From Hyalangium minutum (GTDB lineage Bacteria; Myxococcota; Myxococcia; Myxococcales; Myxococcaceae): 62,000 bases of DNA. Below the pieces are notes generated by a model. The model was not told the origin of the DNA. It searched no databases and saw only the letters and a program-made list of their open reading frames with translations. Each line of letters opens with the position of its first letter. Position 1 is the stretch's first letter. Positions 39,694 to 50,008 of the stretch are shown here, in pieces. The stretch covers positions 82,001-144,000 of the forward strand of contig NZ_JMCB01000003.1 in assembly GCF_000737315.1 (NCBI RefSeq), read 5' to 3'. Position numbers and translations under genes: made by a program.

Positions 39694-41372
39694 GCGGCGC
39701 TCTCCAAGGGTAGCCGAAGGCTGAAGCGGCTGCCCTCGGGCAGACGAGTATAGGTGAGGCTGCCGCCGTGAGCCTCCACGGCGGTTCGCGCCATGGGCAG
39801 CCCCAGGCCAATGCCCTTGGCGCGCGCGGTGGCGAAGGGCTCCCACAGGCGCGGCTCCAGCTTCGGATCCACACCGCCCGCGTTGTCCTCCACCAGCAGG
39901 ACGGCCTCGGCGCCCTCGCGAGCGAGGCTCACCTGCACCCAGGGGGCGGGACGCAGGCCCGTGTCCCGGGCCACCGCACCGGCCTCTACCGCGTTGCGTA
40001 AAAGGTTGTCGATGGCGGCCACCAGCAGGGCCGGATCCACGTGCACGGTGAGGCCCTCCGCCATCGTTACGCCGATGCGGACGTCCTCGGCCTCGGGCAG
40101 CAGGCGCAAGGACTGCAAGGCTTCATCCACCAGCAGTCTCAGATCGCAGGGCCGGCGCAGCATGGGCCGAGGCTCGCCGAAGGACAGCAGCGAGCGCGCC
40201 AGGTGGCCCAGCCGCTGCACCTGGGCGCGCAAGGCCGGCAGGGCCACCTCGCCGCTGGAGGAGGCGGGCCGCAGCAGCGAGAGGGCGGCCTGGATGCCAT
40301 TGAGGGCGTTCTTCACCTCGTGGGCGATGAGCTGGCTGGCGGAGCCCAGCGCGGCCATTGTCTCCTGGTGCCGGAGCCGCTCTTCCGCCCGGAGCAGTGA
40401 GCGGTACGAGCGCCGCAGCAGGAAGACGAAGACGATCAGGGTGCTGATCAGCAAGGCGCTGTGCAAGATGAGCTGGCTGAGGAAGCGGTACCTCAGGGGC
40501 GCGACGTTGTGCTCCTCGTTCTCCAGCACGGCCAGCAGCATGCCGCTCACGCCCGCGGGCACGGGCACGGGGGCCGCCGCGCCCAGCATGGCGGTGTCTG
40601 CCAAGGTGATGCGCCCGGGCGCGTGCACCAGGGCGATCAGGTCCGAGGCGAGCTGGGTGGTCCACCGGAGGTTCTGCGGGGGCATGGGCAGCAGGAGCTT
40701 TCCGTTCAGGCTCACCAGCAGCGTGAGATCCGTGCCCTTCGCGCTGACGCCCGGGAGCGGCTTCGCTCCGGCGCGAAGCTCACCCACGAGCATGCCCACC
40801 ACCTGCCGTCCGCCGCGCACCACGGGCACCGCCACCACCAGAGGCCCGTCCTCTCGCTCCAGCAGGTTGATGTCCGAGACCCCCTCCCTCTGCACGCGGC
40901 GGAACCAGGGGCGGGTGGTCACGGGAGATTCGCCCAGCGCCATCGCGGGGGGATCGCTCCACACGCGGCGTCCCGAGGCGCTCAGGAGGACGACGCCCTC
41001 GGAGAAGAGGTGGGTGTGGTGCAGGGCGTTGTCCAGCACGGTGACCTCGGGGCCTGCGGGACCATCCTCGAGGATGAGCTTGGGGTGCTGGGCCAGCCGT
41101 TGGAGCTCGGCCTCGAGCAGCTGGAGGTGCACGCCCAGGGCCTCGGCCTGCACCTGGGCCTGGACGGACAAGTGGGCAAGCGCCTCTTCGCGAGCGTTCT
41201 CCAGCTCCTCCCGGTAGGCGAGCAAGGGGCTGGTCAGCGCCACCAGGCCGAGCAGTGCCAGGCCGAACAGGGCCGAGCGGCCCGCACGCCGCTGCGTCCG
41301 GGCGAAGTCCTGGAGGGCCGGCGCGGAGGGAGGCCCCGGAAGGGAAGGGGGCTGGGGGACGGAGGGCTTCAT
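39690..41372 (-). CDS. Membrane sensor histidine kinase with a periplasmic Cache-like domain
   Basis: Two TM segments, H-box AHEVKNALN, N-box NLLRNA, DNAGG, GIGLGL. Confidence 0.9.
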
Positions 41373-41496
41373 GGGGCAGAGGGAGAGGCCAGGCGTGGCC
41401 TCAGGGCTTGAAGTGCCTGGGGCAGAGTTCCTCGGGTGGGGCAAGCTGCCTCGTGTGGCTGCCCGCGAGTGCATCGCCTCAGCTCTGAAGCGGCGC

Positions 41497-41512
41497 TGGC
41501 ATGTCCTGTGCT
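41497..41512 (+). promoter_or_regulatory. Candidate sigma54 promoter for the response regulator-mprF-acvB operon
   Basis: TGGCATGTCCTGTGCT: GG-N10-GC spacing is correct, with 2 mismatches to consensus. Confidence 0.45.
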
Positions 41513-41525
41513 CATGAGTGCCGGC

Positions 41526-41987
41526 ATGTTACGGCAATGGAGTGCGAAGCCATCGCTGAAGTTCACCTCGTCGCACAAGGAGCCAGAAGAGGGGCTTGAG
41601 CCTCCCTTGCGGATCCTGGTGGCCGATGACCAGCCTGAGATGCGCAGACTCATTCGGGGTGCGCTCGTTCGGGACGGGTACGAGGTGGTCGAGGTGGCGA
41701 ACGGCCCTGCCCTCATCCACGCGCTCATCTCCGGGCTGCTGGAGGAGCAGACCCGCGCGCCCGACCTCATCATTACAGACGTCCGGATGCCGGGCATGAC
41801 AGGACTGGAGGTGCTGGCCCGCCTCCGCCGGGAGGCCTGGTCCATTCCCTTCATCCTCATCACCGCCTTTGGGGATGAAGCGCTGCACAGGGAGGCGGAG
41901 CGCTTGGGGGCTGCACGTGTCCTCGACAAGCCATTCGAGCTGGCGGAGCTACGGGCCGCCGTGCGCAGGGTCCTCAAGCCTCACTGA
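41526..41987 (+). CDS. Single-domain response regulator (start uncertain: ATG 41526 or TTG 41607)
   Basis: RILVADDQ, DLIITDVRMPGMTG, LITAFG, DKPF. Confidence 0.85.
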   Translation: MLRQWSAKPSLKFTSSHKEPEEGLEPPLRILVADDQPEMRRLIRGALVRDGYEVVEVANGPALIHALISGLLEEQTRAPDLIITDVRMPGMTGLEVLARLRREAWSIPFILITAFGDEALHREAERLGAARVLDKPFELAELRAAVRRVLKPH

Positions 41988-42008
41988 AGCCTGGCCAGGA
42001 GGTGTCCC

Positions 42009-44681
42009 ATGTCTCAGGCAAGCACGCTGGCTCCCGCTCCCCTGGCGCCCGCCCCCTCAGTGCCGCCCTCCCCACGCCGGGGCCTCGGACAGCGGCTGAT
42101 GCGGTGGTGGGAGCGGGCGCGTCAGGGGCCTTGGGGCAAGGTGGGCCGAGCCCTGCTCGTCCTGTTGCCGCTGATCCTGATGGCGGCGGCGGGCCGGACG
42201 CTGGCGAAGGAGCTGGCTCAGCTCCGCTGGGAGCAGGTCGCGCTGGCGATGTCTGCCCTTCCGGGCTGGCGCGTGGGATTGGCCATGCTCGCCACCGCTG
42301 GCAGCTACCTCGCGCTCACCTTATATGACGTGTTGGCGCTCCAGTACGTGGGCCGTCGACTGCCCTACCGGCGCGTCGGCCGCATCTCCTTCACCGCCTG
42401 CGCTCTGGGGCACAGCATTGGCCTGTCGGTGCTCGGCAGCGGCTCGGTACGCCTGCGCCTCTACACGGATCAGGGGCTGTCCGTCGTCGAGGTGGCGCGC
42501 ATCGCCGCCTTCACCTCGGCGACGTTCTGGACGGGCCTCCTGTTGGCCGGTGGGTTGTGCGTGGCGGTGTCTCCCGAGGCGCTCGCTTTTCTGCAAGTGT
42601 CCTCCGGAACCGTGCGCGCCGTAGGAGTGGGGCTGCTGCTGCTCGTGGGGGGCTATGTCTGGGTCTGTGCCCTCGCTCACCGGAGGGCGGGCGCCCCGGG
42701 CCTGCGCTCGCACCTGCCTCGGCCGTCCTTGGCGGTGAGGCAGGCGCTGGTCTCCAGCATGGACTGGATGATGGCGGCGCTCGTCCTCTACCTGCTGCTG
42801 CCTGCGGAGTCGGGGCTGTCCCTGCCAGGCGTGGTGGCCCTCTTCGCCGCCGCGCAGTCGCTGGGGATTCTCAGCCAGGTTCCCGGCGGCCTGGGCGTGT
42901 TCGAGTTCGTCATGGTCACCGCGCTCGCACCTCGGGTGCCCATGCCCGCGGTGCTCGGGGTGCTCGTCGTCTACCGCATGCTCTACTATGTGCTGCCGCT
43001 GGTGCTGGCCCTGGCACTGCTGGGGAATCACGAGCTCTCGCACCGGCGCGCGGAGTTCCGGCAGCTGTTGAACGGCGTGAGGGCCACGCTGGCGCCGCTC
43101 ATGCCTCCGCTGGCCGCGGCCGCGTGCTTCGTGGCGGGCGCGGTGCTCCTCTTCTCCGGTGTCACTCCGGCCGTACCCTCGCGGCTGGAGTTCCTCAGCC
43201 ACTTCGTGCCGCTGCCGCTGCTGGAGCTCTCACACCTGCTTGGGAGCCTCACGGGCATGGCCCTGCTGCTGCTGGCGCTGGGCCTCAAGCGTCAGCTGGA
43301 TGGGGCCTTCGTGTTGGTGCTCGGGCTGCTGCTGGCGGGCGGCGTGCTGTCCCTGCTCAAGGGAGGGGATTATGAGGAGGCAACGCTGCTCTTCACCACC
43401 GCGCTGGTGCTGACACCGTTCCGCTCCCGCTTCTACCGGCACGCCTCGTTGTTCGCCCAGCGCCTCAGTGTCTCCTGGCTGCTGGCGGTGCTCGCCGTGG
43501 TAGGGGCCTCGGTGGGGTTGGGCTTCTTCTCCTACCGGCACGTGGACTACAGCCACGAGCTCTGGTGGCAGTTCACCCTGGAGGGCGATGCGCCCCGCTT
43601 CCTTCGCGCCCTGGTGGGCATGCTGAGCCTGTCGCTGTTCTTTGGCATCGCCACGCTGCTGCAGCCCGCCGCCGCGCGCCCGCGCCTGCCGGGCGCCGTG
43701 GAGCTGGCCGTGGCCCGTCCCCTGGTGGCGCACGCCCCCGAGTCCTCCGCGCACCTGGCGCTGGTGGGAGACAAGGCGCTGCTCTTCAACGACACGCGCA
43801 CCTCCTTCCTCATGTACGGCGTGGCGGGGCGCAGCTGGGTGTCCATGGGCGATCCGGTGGGGCCGCCGGACGAGGCCACGGAGCTGGCGTGGCGCTTCCA
43901 CGAGCTGGCGGATCGGCACCACGGGTGGACCTGCTTCTACCAGGTGGGGCCCTCGGCGCTGCCGCGCTACCTGGACATGGGGCTGGCGCTGCTGAAGCTG
44001 GGCGAGGAGGCCACCGTGCCGCTGGGGGGCTTCCTCTTGGAGCTGCCCGAGTTCAAAGGCCTGCGCCACACGTGCCGCAAGCTGGAGAAGGAGGGGGTGA
44101 CCTTCGAGGTGTGCCCCGCCCAGCAGGTGCTGCCGCTGCTGCCAGAGCTGGAGTCCATCTCGCGCGCGTGGATGGACGAGAAGCAGACCCGCGAGAAGGG
44201 CTTCTCACTGGGCTTCTTCTGCCCGCGCTACCTCCGGGAGGGCCCCGTCGCGCTGGTGCGCCACCAGGGGCGCCTGGTGGCCTTTGCCAACATGTGGGTC
44301 CCGCTGTTGCGCGAGGAGTTCTCCGTGGACCTGATGCGCCACCGGCCCGAGGTCCCGCGCGGGGTGATGGACTTCCTCTTCACGCAGCTGATGCTGTGGG
44401 GGCGGGAGCAGGGCTACGAGCGCTTCAACCTGGGCATGGCGCCCTTCAGCGGGATGATGTCGCGCAGCCTGGCGCCGCTGTGGCACCGCCTGGGCACCTT
44501 TCTCTTCCGCCACGGTGAGCACTTCTACAACTTCCAGGGTCTGCGCCAATACAAGGAGAAGTTCCACCCGGTGTGGACGCCGCGCTATCTCGCCGCGCCG
44601 GGCGGGTGGGTGCTGCCTCGGGTGCTCGCGAACATCGCCACGCTTGTGTCGCGCGGCCTCACGGGAGCGGTGTCGAGATGA
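42009..44681 (+). CDS. mprF: Bifunctional lysyl-phosphatidylglycerol flippase/synthetase (MprF/LpiA)
   Basis: Multi-TM N-half with QVPGGLGVFE. C-terminal DUF2156 with GDPVGP, EKGFSLG, VDLMR, NLGMAPF, GEHFYNFQGLRQYKEKF.P.W.PRY. Confidence 0.95.
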   Translation: MSQASTLAPAPLAPAPSVPPSPRRGLGQRLMRWWERARQGPWGKVGRALLVLLPLILMAAAGRTLAKELAQLRWEQVALAMSALPGWRVGLAMLATAGSYLALTLYDVLALQYVGRRLPYRRVGRISFTACALGHSIGLSVLGSGSVRLRLYTDQGLSVVEVARIAAFTSATFWTGLLLAGGLCVAVSPEALAFLQVSSGTVRAVGVGLLLLVGGYVWVCALAHRRAGAPGLRSHLPRPSLAVRQALVSSMDWMMAALVLYLLLPAESGLSLPGVVALFAAAQSLGILSQVPGGLGVFEFVMVTALAPRVPMPAVLGVLVVYRMLYYVLPLVLALALLGNHELSHRRAEFRQLLNGVRATLAPLMPPLAAAACFVAGAVLLFSGVTPAVPSRLEFLSHFVPLPLLELSHLLGSLTGMALLLLALGLKRQLDGAFVLVLGLLLAGGVLSLLKGGDYEEATLLFTTALVLTPFRSRFYRHASLFAQRLSVSWLLAVLAVVGASVGLGFFSYRHVDYSHELWWQFTLEGDAPRFLRALVGMLSLSLFFGIATLLQPAAARPRLPGAVELAVARPLVAHAPESSAHLALVGDKALLFNDTRTSFLMYGVAGRSWVSMGDPVGPPDEATELAWRFHELADRHHGWTCFYQVGPSALPRYLDMGLALLKLGEEATVPLGGFLLELPEFKGLRHTCRKLEKEGVTFEVCPAQQVLPLLPELESISRAWMDEKQTREKGFSLGFFCPRYLREGPVALVRHQGRLVAFANMWVPLLREEFSVDLMRHRPEVPRGVMDFLFTQLMLWGREQGYERFNLGMAPFSGMMSRSLAPLWHRLGTFLFRHGEHFYNFQGLRQYKEKFHPVWTPRYLAAPGGWVLPRVLANIATLVSRGLTGAVSR

Positions 44682-45385
44682 GAACCTCACGGTGGTGCGG
44701 TGTCCTCGCGGGCGCGCTGCTCGCGCTCACGGTCCAAGCGGCTTCCGGGCAGCCGCTCGAGCCCGTGGGAGATCTGCCCCTCGTCGAAGTGCCCGCGGCC
44801 ACGCCTTCATCCGACAGCTTCGCGCTCCTTCTCACGGGGGATGGAGGCTGGGCGCCTCTCGACAAGCACCTCGCAGCGGCGCTCAACACCCAGGGCATGT
44901 CCGTGGTGGGCTGGGACTCGCTGCGCTACTTCTGGAAGCGGCGGTCGCCCGAGGACACGGCGCGGGACGTGGGCCGGGCGATGGCGCACTACCTGACGGC
45001 GTGGGGGGCGCGGCGCGTGGTGCTCGTGGGTTACTCGCGCGGAGCGGATGTCCTCCCCGCCATCGTGGCCCGGCTCCCCTCGGAGCTGCGTGAGAAGGTG
45101 CGGCTGGTGGCGCTGGTGGCCCCCGGCCACAGCGCCGAGTTCGAGGTCCACGTCCTGGATCTGCTCGGCGGTGGAGGCGGGGACTACCCAGTGCTCCCCG
45201 AGGTGAAGGCACTCGGGGGGATGCCCGTGCTGTGCCTCTATGGAGACGAAGAGCTCAAGGAGAGCCTCTGTCCCAAGCTGTCCGAAGTGACGGGAGTCCA
45301 GGCGCTGAGGCTTCACGGAGGGCACCACTTTGACGGGAACTACACGCGTGTGGCCCGCGCCATCATCGACGCCTTGGGGCAGTGA
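44678..45385 (+). CDS. acvB: VirJ/AcvB-like lysyl-PG hydrolase (single domain)
   Basis: TGDGGW..LD, GWDSLRYFW, GYSRGADV, GGHHFDGNY. Signal peptide and ATGA overlap with mprF. Confidence 0.88.
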   Translation: MRTSRWCGVLAGALLALTVQAASGQPLEPVGDLPLVEVPAATPSSDSFALLLTGDGGWAPLDKHLAAALNTQGMSVVGWDSLRYFWKRRSPEDTARDVGRAMAHYLTAWGARRVVLVGYSRGADVLPAIVARLPSELREKVRLVALVAPGHSAEFEVHVLDLLGGGGGDYPVLPEVKALGGMPVLCLYGDEELKESLCPKLSEVTGVQALRLHGGHHFDGNYTRVARAIIDALGQ

Positions 45386-45386
45386 G

Positions 45387-48260
45387 TCAGAAGGATCTCG
45401 ACAGGCCCAGGCGGACCTCGCGGCCGTACTGAGGCACGCTGGGGCGCTGGTAATCGGGGCTGATGGGCGTCAGCGCCCGCTCGTCGAGCAGGTTGTACAC
45501 GCCGCCGTAGTAGCGGAGCTGCCAGGGCTGGAACTGACCGGACATCACCAGGTTCATGTACAGCGACTGGGGAATGCGCCGCCCGCTGAAGTCGTAGCGG
45601 GCGCCGGTGAACACCAGCTCCGCGCCCGCAACCAGTCCCTGTTTCAGGATGGGGAGGCCGAAGCGCGCGGAGATGGCGTGCTCGGCCGAGTTCACCAGTT
45701 GCTGCTCGGTGGTCTCCTCATTTCCTTCCTCTCGAATCACCTGTCCGGGCTCATCGAGGCGGGTCTGCAGATAGCCGGAGAGGCTCACGAGCTGTCCCGT
45801 GCCCGGGGCGTAGCGCAGCTCGAACTCCGTGCCTCCCAAGCCGAAAGGCCCCGAGGCCGAGTACCGGTAGGGCGGCGTCGAGCCGGGCATGGTACGGACG
45901 ATGTCTCCGTAGGAGTTGAGGAACGCGCCGACGATGATGCTCGTCTCATCGCTCACGGTGTGCGTGTGCTCGAGCGCCAGGCTGAAGTGGCTCTCCGAGT
46001 TCAGCTCCGTGGGCCTGATCCGGTCGAAGGGCCGGAAATCGTACCGGAGCTCGCGCTCGCTGGGGCCTCGCCCGGTGACGCCCGAGGTGAACTTGAGGCT
46101 GCCGCCCTCGTAGGGCTTGCTGACGATGGCCAGCACCGGTGCCAGCTTGAAGACCTGATCGAACGCCCCGCGGGCCCGGAGGCTCTCGCGCACGGGGTTG
46201 ATGCGTGAGCCGAAGTGGAGGAGGAACCACGGCTTGGGCGCCCACTCGTAGCTGCCATAGAGCGTGAACTCGGTGCGCTGGCCAGGGTAGAGGTCCACCT
46301 TGGGGCCGTTGCCCGCTTGGAGTGTTCCGTCCAGGGACAACGACTGCTGGAGCGCTGTGCCCAGGATGATGCGGCTGGTGTTCGAGCGCGCCCACTCGAA
46401 CCGGACCTCTCCCGAGAGGCTCACCCCTTGGCCGGTCTCCGAGCCCTGAGACTCGGGGGCGGCGGTGGATGGCGTGCGCAACGAGTAGTCGCTCACGTCG
46501 AGCGCCACCCGCGACAGCAGGAAGCTGCCCCCGGGGTAGGTGCGGCTGTACTGCAGGGCCGCGAACCCCCGCAGATCCGTGGCCTGGACAGCCGAGGCTC
46601 CCGCCCAAAGGAAGCCGGTGGGGACCTGCTTGGTGCGGTGGATGAGCCCGGAGGTGAGCGCGAAATTCTTGTACCGCCCGAAGGCGAAGACGCGCTGAGA
46701 GGTCTCCAGGTCGGAGAGCAGCGTCTCCGTGGAAGGCAGGGGGAGCGGATCCCCGATCGAGCGCCCAGCTCCCGCCAGCACCACCAGCTCTCGCTCGCCG
46801 CTCTTGGTCGAGGCCATCGACTGGAAGTCCGCGCCGGGCAGGGTGTTGGCGCTCAGGCTGAAGCGCACGTGCACGCCGTCCTCGGGGCGCCGCGTCACCA
46901 CGTTGACGAGGCCGAGGAAGGCGGTGGTGCCGAAGACCATGCCCTCGCCGCGCACCACCTCGATGCGCTCCACCTGGGCCATGTCGATGCCCAGGTCCAT
47001 TCCGAGCGGGCCGTAGCCGCGGGCAATGTCGTTGAGAGGGTGCCCGTTGAGCAGCACGAGGATGCGTGCGTTGGCGTTCTCCGGCACGCCGAAGCCGCGC
47101 ATGCCCGCGGAGTCATAGAGCCGGTCGGTCCACACCTGGAGGCTGCGCACCGAGCGCAGGGCCTCGGCCACCGTGCGGTAGCCGAACAGGCGCAGCTCCT
47201 CGGCGGTGATGATGGTGGTGGATGCGGGCGCGTCCTCGAGGCGGATCTGCCGCTGGGTGGCACCGGCGACCTCCAGCCGCAGCGGCTTGAGCTTGGCCTC
47301 CACGGGGAGCAACTGCCGATCCTTCAGCTCCACCTCGGTGCGGAAGGGCTCGAGGCCCTCTTGGCGAACCTCCACCACGCGTCGTCCGGCATCGACGCCC
47401 TCGATGACGGCGGGGGTGAAGCCCACCTCCCGGTCATCCACCAGCACCACCGCGCCGTCGACGTTGGCCCGAACCACCAGGCTTCCGGTGAGCCGGGGCG
47501 CGGGGGGCTCGGGCACGAGCCGGAGCTCCACGGGGCGCGTCTGGTCCGCCACCACCTCGATATCCTCTAGGTCCGGGAGGAAGCCGGGCGCCACCACGCG
47601 CAGGAGCATGCGCCCGGGCCGCAGGTTCTTCACCTCTCCGGGGCCTGTCCGCAGCACCTCTCCGGTCTCCTCGAGCCGGATCTCGGCCTGCGGGGGCACG
47701 CCGCGGATGTCGAGCCCGCCCACGATGAGGGCCAGCTCGCCGGTGGCCAGCACCTCGCGCCCGCGTACCACCTCCACCTCGAGCTCGGCCGAGCGGTAGC
47801 CGTCGAGGTCCAGCAGGATGCGGTGGCGGCCAGGCTTGAGCGCCAGTGTCTTCGGGGTGGACCCGAGCGCCCCGAGATCTCGCCGGCCGACGAAGATGGA
47901 GGCACCAGGAGGGGTGGACTCCACGCGGACGAGGGCCAGCCTCGGGCGGAGGTAGGCGAGGGCCTGATCCACGTCCTTGCGCTCATCCTGGGGGAGGGGC
48001 TGCCGGGCGAGCTCGGAGTAGGCGCGGAAGGCCTCGTCGTAGAGCTGCAGCCGGCCCAGCGTGGAGGCGATGTTCAGCTGCACGTTCCGGTTGGGCACCA
48101 GCCGGTTGGACGCGTAGAACTCCTGAAGCGCGTCCTCGAAGCGGCCCTGGCGCTGGAAGGCGAGGCCCCGGCGGAAGTGGAACTCGGCCTCGTCCGCGAC
48201 ATCCGCACCCTGGGCCGCGCCAGCGATCAGCAGGAGGAGCAGGAGCAGCGCACGGCTCAT
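45387..48260 (-). CDS. TonB-dependent receptor with N-terminal TPR and PEGA domains
   Basis: Signal peptide, TPR (AEFHFRRG), about 3 PEGA repeats (VESTPPGASIFV, VRANVDGAVVLVD), plug (APASTTIITAEEL...MRGFG...RIEVVRG), and C-terminal YNLLD...GREVRLGLSRSF. Confidence 0.88.
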   Translation of the reverse strand: MSRALLLLLLLIAGAAQGADVADEAEFHFRRGLAFQRQGRFEDALQEFYASNRLVPNRNVQLNIASTLGRLQLYDEAFRAYSELARQPLPQDERKDVDQALAYLRPRLALVRVESTPPGASIFVGRRDLGALGSTPKTLALKPGRHRILLDLDGYRSAELEVEVVRGREVLATGELALIVGGLDIRGVPPQAEIRLEETGEVLRTGPGEVKNLRPGRMLLRVVAPGFLPDLEDIEVVADQTRPVELRLVPEPPAPRLTGSLVVRANVDGAVVLVDDREVGFTPAVIEGVDAGRRVVEVRQEGLEPFRTEVELKDRQLLPVEAKLKPLRLEVAGATQRQIRLEDAPASTTIITAEELRLFGYRTVAEALRSVRSLQVWTDRLYDSAGMRGFGVPENANARILVLLNGHPLNDIARGYGPLGMDLGIDMAQVERIEVVRGEGMVFGTTAFLGLVNVVTRRPEDGVHVRFSLSANTLPGADFQSMASTKSGERELVVLAGAGRSIGDPLPLPSTETLLSDLETSQRVFAFGRYKNFALTSGLIHRTKQVPTGFLWAGASAVQATDLRGFAALQYSRTYPGGSFLLSRVALDVSDYSLRTPSTAAPESQGSETGQGVSLSGEVRFEWARSNTSRIILGTALQQSLSLDGTLQAGNGPKVDLYPGQRTEFTLYGSYEWAPKPWFLLHFGSRINPVRESLRARGAFDQVFKLAPVLAIVSKPYEGGSLKFTSGVTGRGPSERELRYDFRPFDRIRPTELNSESHFSLALEHTHTVSDETSIIVGAFLNSYGDIVRTMPGSTPPYRYSASGPFGLGGTEFELRYAPGTGQLVSLSGYLQTRLDEPGQVIREEGNEETTEQQLVNSAEHAISARFGLPILKQGLVAGAELVFTGARYDFSGRRIPQSLYMNLVMSGQFQPWQLRYYGGVYNLLDERALTPISPDYQRPSVPQYGREVRLGLSRSF

Positions 48261-49957
48261 CGCTGGTCCATCGTCTTGCCGAAGGGGGTGCTGTTCGGGA
48301 GGGCGGCCTTGTTCAGCTTGACCTCCCGGGTGGCGCCCTCTTGCGGAACCAACTCGATGTCCTGGCTGGTGTAGCCCTTGAGGGAGAGGCTGAGCTTCAC
48401 CGGCTCGTTGGGAGTGAGCGCGAGCTTCATTGGCGTCTCCCCGAGGCTCTGGCCGTCTCGGCGCACGGTGGCACCCAGGGGCTTGCTGGTGACAGTGACG
48501 GTGACCTTCTTGAGGTTCAACGTGAACCTGAGCTCTGCGGACTCGCCCATCACGTGGGTGTGCTGGATCGACTCCAGGCCAGGGGCTTGGAGGGTGAGAG
48601 CGACGCGCGTGCCCGGCTGGATGGGAAGGGTGAGCGGCGTCTTGCCTTTGAAGTCGCCTCCCACGCGCACCTCGACCTCTGAGGGATGCGAGACGATCGT
48701 CAGCGTGGGGAGCTCCGCCGCCGCCGCCGGTGGGACGGGAGGCATGGGGACCGGCGGAGAGCCCGGGCGGGCCAGGAAGACAGCGCCGCCCGCGAGCATG
48801 AGAGCGAAGGCCCCGAAGAGCGCGAGTCGGCGCCCCTTGTGAGGGGCGTGCGGAGCGGTAGGAGACGGAGGGGCACTCGGCGCGGGCGCGTCGCTGGGAG
48901 GGAGCGCGCCGCGCTCGGGCGTCAGATAGGTGCGGGTGAGACCGGAAGGCTGAGGGGTCGCACCCGAGGGCGTGCGGACGAAGGTGCTATCGAGCCCCGT
49001 GTTGGGAGTGATCTCGGCACGCACCCGGGAGCGCTCTTTGTAATCGGGATAGGCGGAGCGCAGGAATGCCGCGAGGTGGGCCAGGGAGGAGGGCTGCTGG
49101 TTCTTGAGGAGCCAGTCCTCGAGGGCCAGGGCGAACTGGCTGGAGTTGGCGTAGCGGTCCTCGGGGCGGCGGGCGAGCGCGCGCATCACCACGGCATCCA
49201 GGTCCACCGTGCACGCAGGGTTCAGGGTGGAGGGCGGCGCGATGTTGGCCTCGCGGGCGGCCTTCAGCGTGCCAGGGTCCGAGTCGCGTTGCAGGGCCCG
49301 TTGGCCTGTGAGCAGCTCGTGGAGGACGAGGCCCAGGGAGAAGAGATCGCTGCGGGCATCGAGCGGCTCACCCTCGGCCTGCTCCGGCGACATATAGGCG
49401 AACTTGCCCTTGAGCTGGCCTGCGGCGGTGGTGTTGGCGGCGCGTCCTGCGGCCTTGGCGATGCCGAAGTCGATCAGCTTGACGGCGCCCTCGAAGCTCA
49501 CGAGGACATTGGAGGGCGAGACGTCGCGGTGGACGATGCCGAGCGGCTGGCCGCTGTCGTCGGTGAGCTCGTGGGCGTAGTGCAGGGCGGAGGCGGCATC
49601 CGCGATGATCCGGCAGGCGAGGGCAGGAGGGAGCCGGGCGCCGCGCTCGGCAAGGTGCTGCTGGAGCGAGCGGAGGTCGACGCCGGGCACATACTCCATG
49701 GCGAGGTAATGGGTCCCGGCGTGCTCGCCCAGCTCGAAGATCTGGCAGATGTGGGGGTGATTGAGCTGGGCGGCGATCCGAGCCTCGTCGAGGAACATGG
49801 TCATGAAGCCCTGGTCCCGGGACAGGTGGGCCAGGAGCATCTTGACGACGACGAGCTTCTGGAAGCCTTCGGCGCGGTTGCGAGCGAGGTAGAGCTGTCC
49901 CATGCCCCCGGTGGCGAGGGGCTGGAGCAGCTCGTAGTGGCCAAAAGGTTCGCCCAT
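48257..49957 (-). CDS. Hanks-type Ser/Thr protein kinase with a TM helix and two periplasmic PEGA domains
   Basis: GGMGQLY, VVKML, HRDVSPSN, DFG, YMSPEQ, DLFSLG, TM segment, then PEGA (SHPSEVEV, TSKPLGATV). ATGA overlap with the receptor gene. Confidence 0.92.
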   Translation of the reverse strand: MGEPFGHYELLQPLATGGMGQLYLARNRAEGFQKLVVVKMLLAHLSRDQGFMTMFLDEARIAAQLNHPHICQIFELGEHAGTHYLAMEYVPGVDLRSLQQHLAERGARLPPALACRIIADAASALHYAHELTDDSGQPLGIVHRDVSPSNVLVSFEGAVKLIDFGIAKAAGRAANTTAAGQLKGKFAYMSPEQAEGEPLDARSDLFSLGLVLHELLTGQRALQRDSDPGTLKAAREANIAPPSTLNPACTVDLDAVVMRALARRPEDRYANSSQFALALEDWLLKNQQPSSLAHLAAFLRSAYPDYKERSRVRAEITPNTGLDSTFVRTPSGATPQPSGLTRTYLTPERGALPPSDAPAPSAPPSPTAPHAPHKGRRLALFGAFALMLAGGAVFLARPGSPPVPMPPVPPAAAAELPTLTIVSHPSEVEVRVGGDFKGKTPLTLPIQPGTRVALTLQAPGLESIQHTHVMGESAELRFTLNLKKVTVTVTSKPLGATVRRDGQSLGETPMKLALTPNEPVKLSLSLKGYTSQDIELVPQEGATREVKLNKAALPNSTPFGKTMDQR

Positions 49958-50008
49958 GAAGCGGGGGATTCTAAGCATTTCCGGGAATGGGACGCACCCT
50001 TCGACAGC

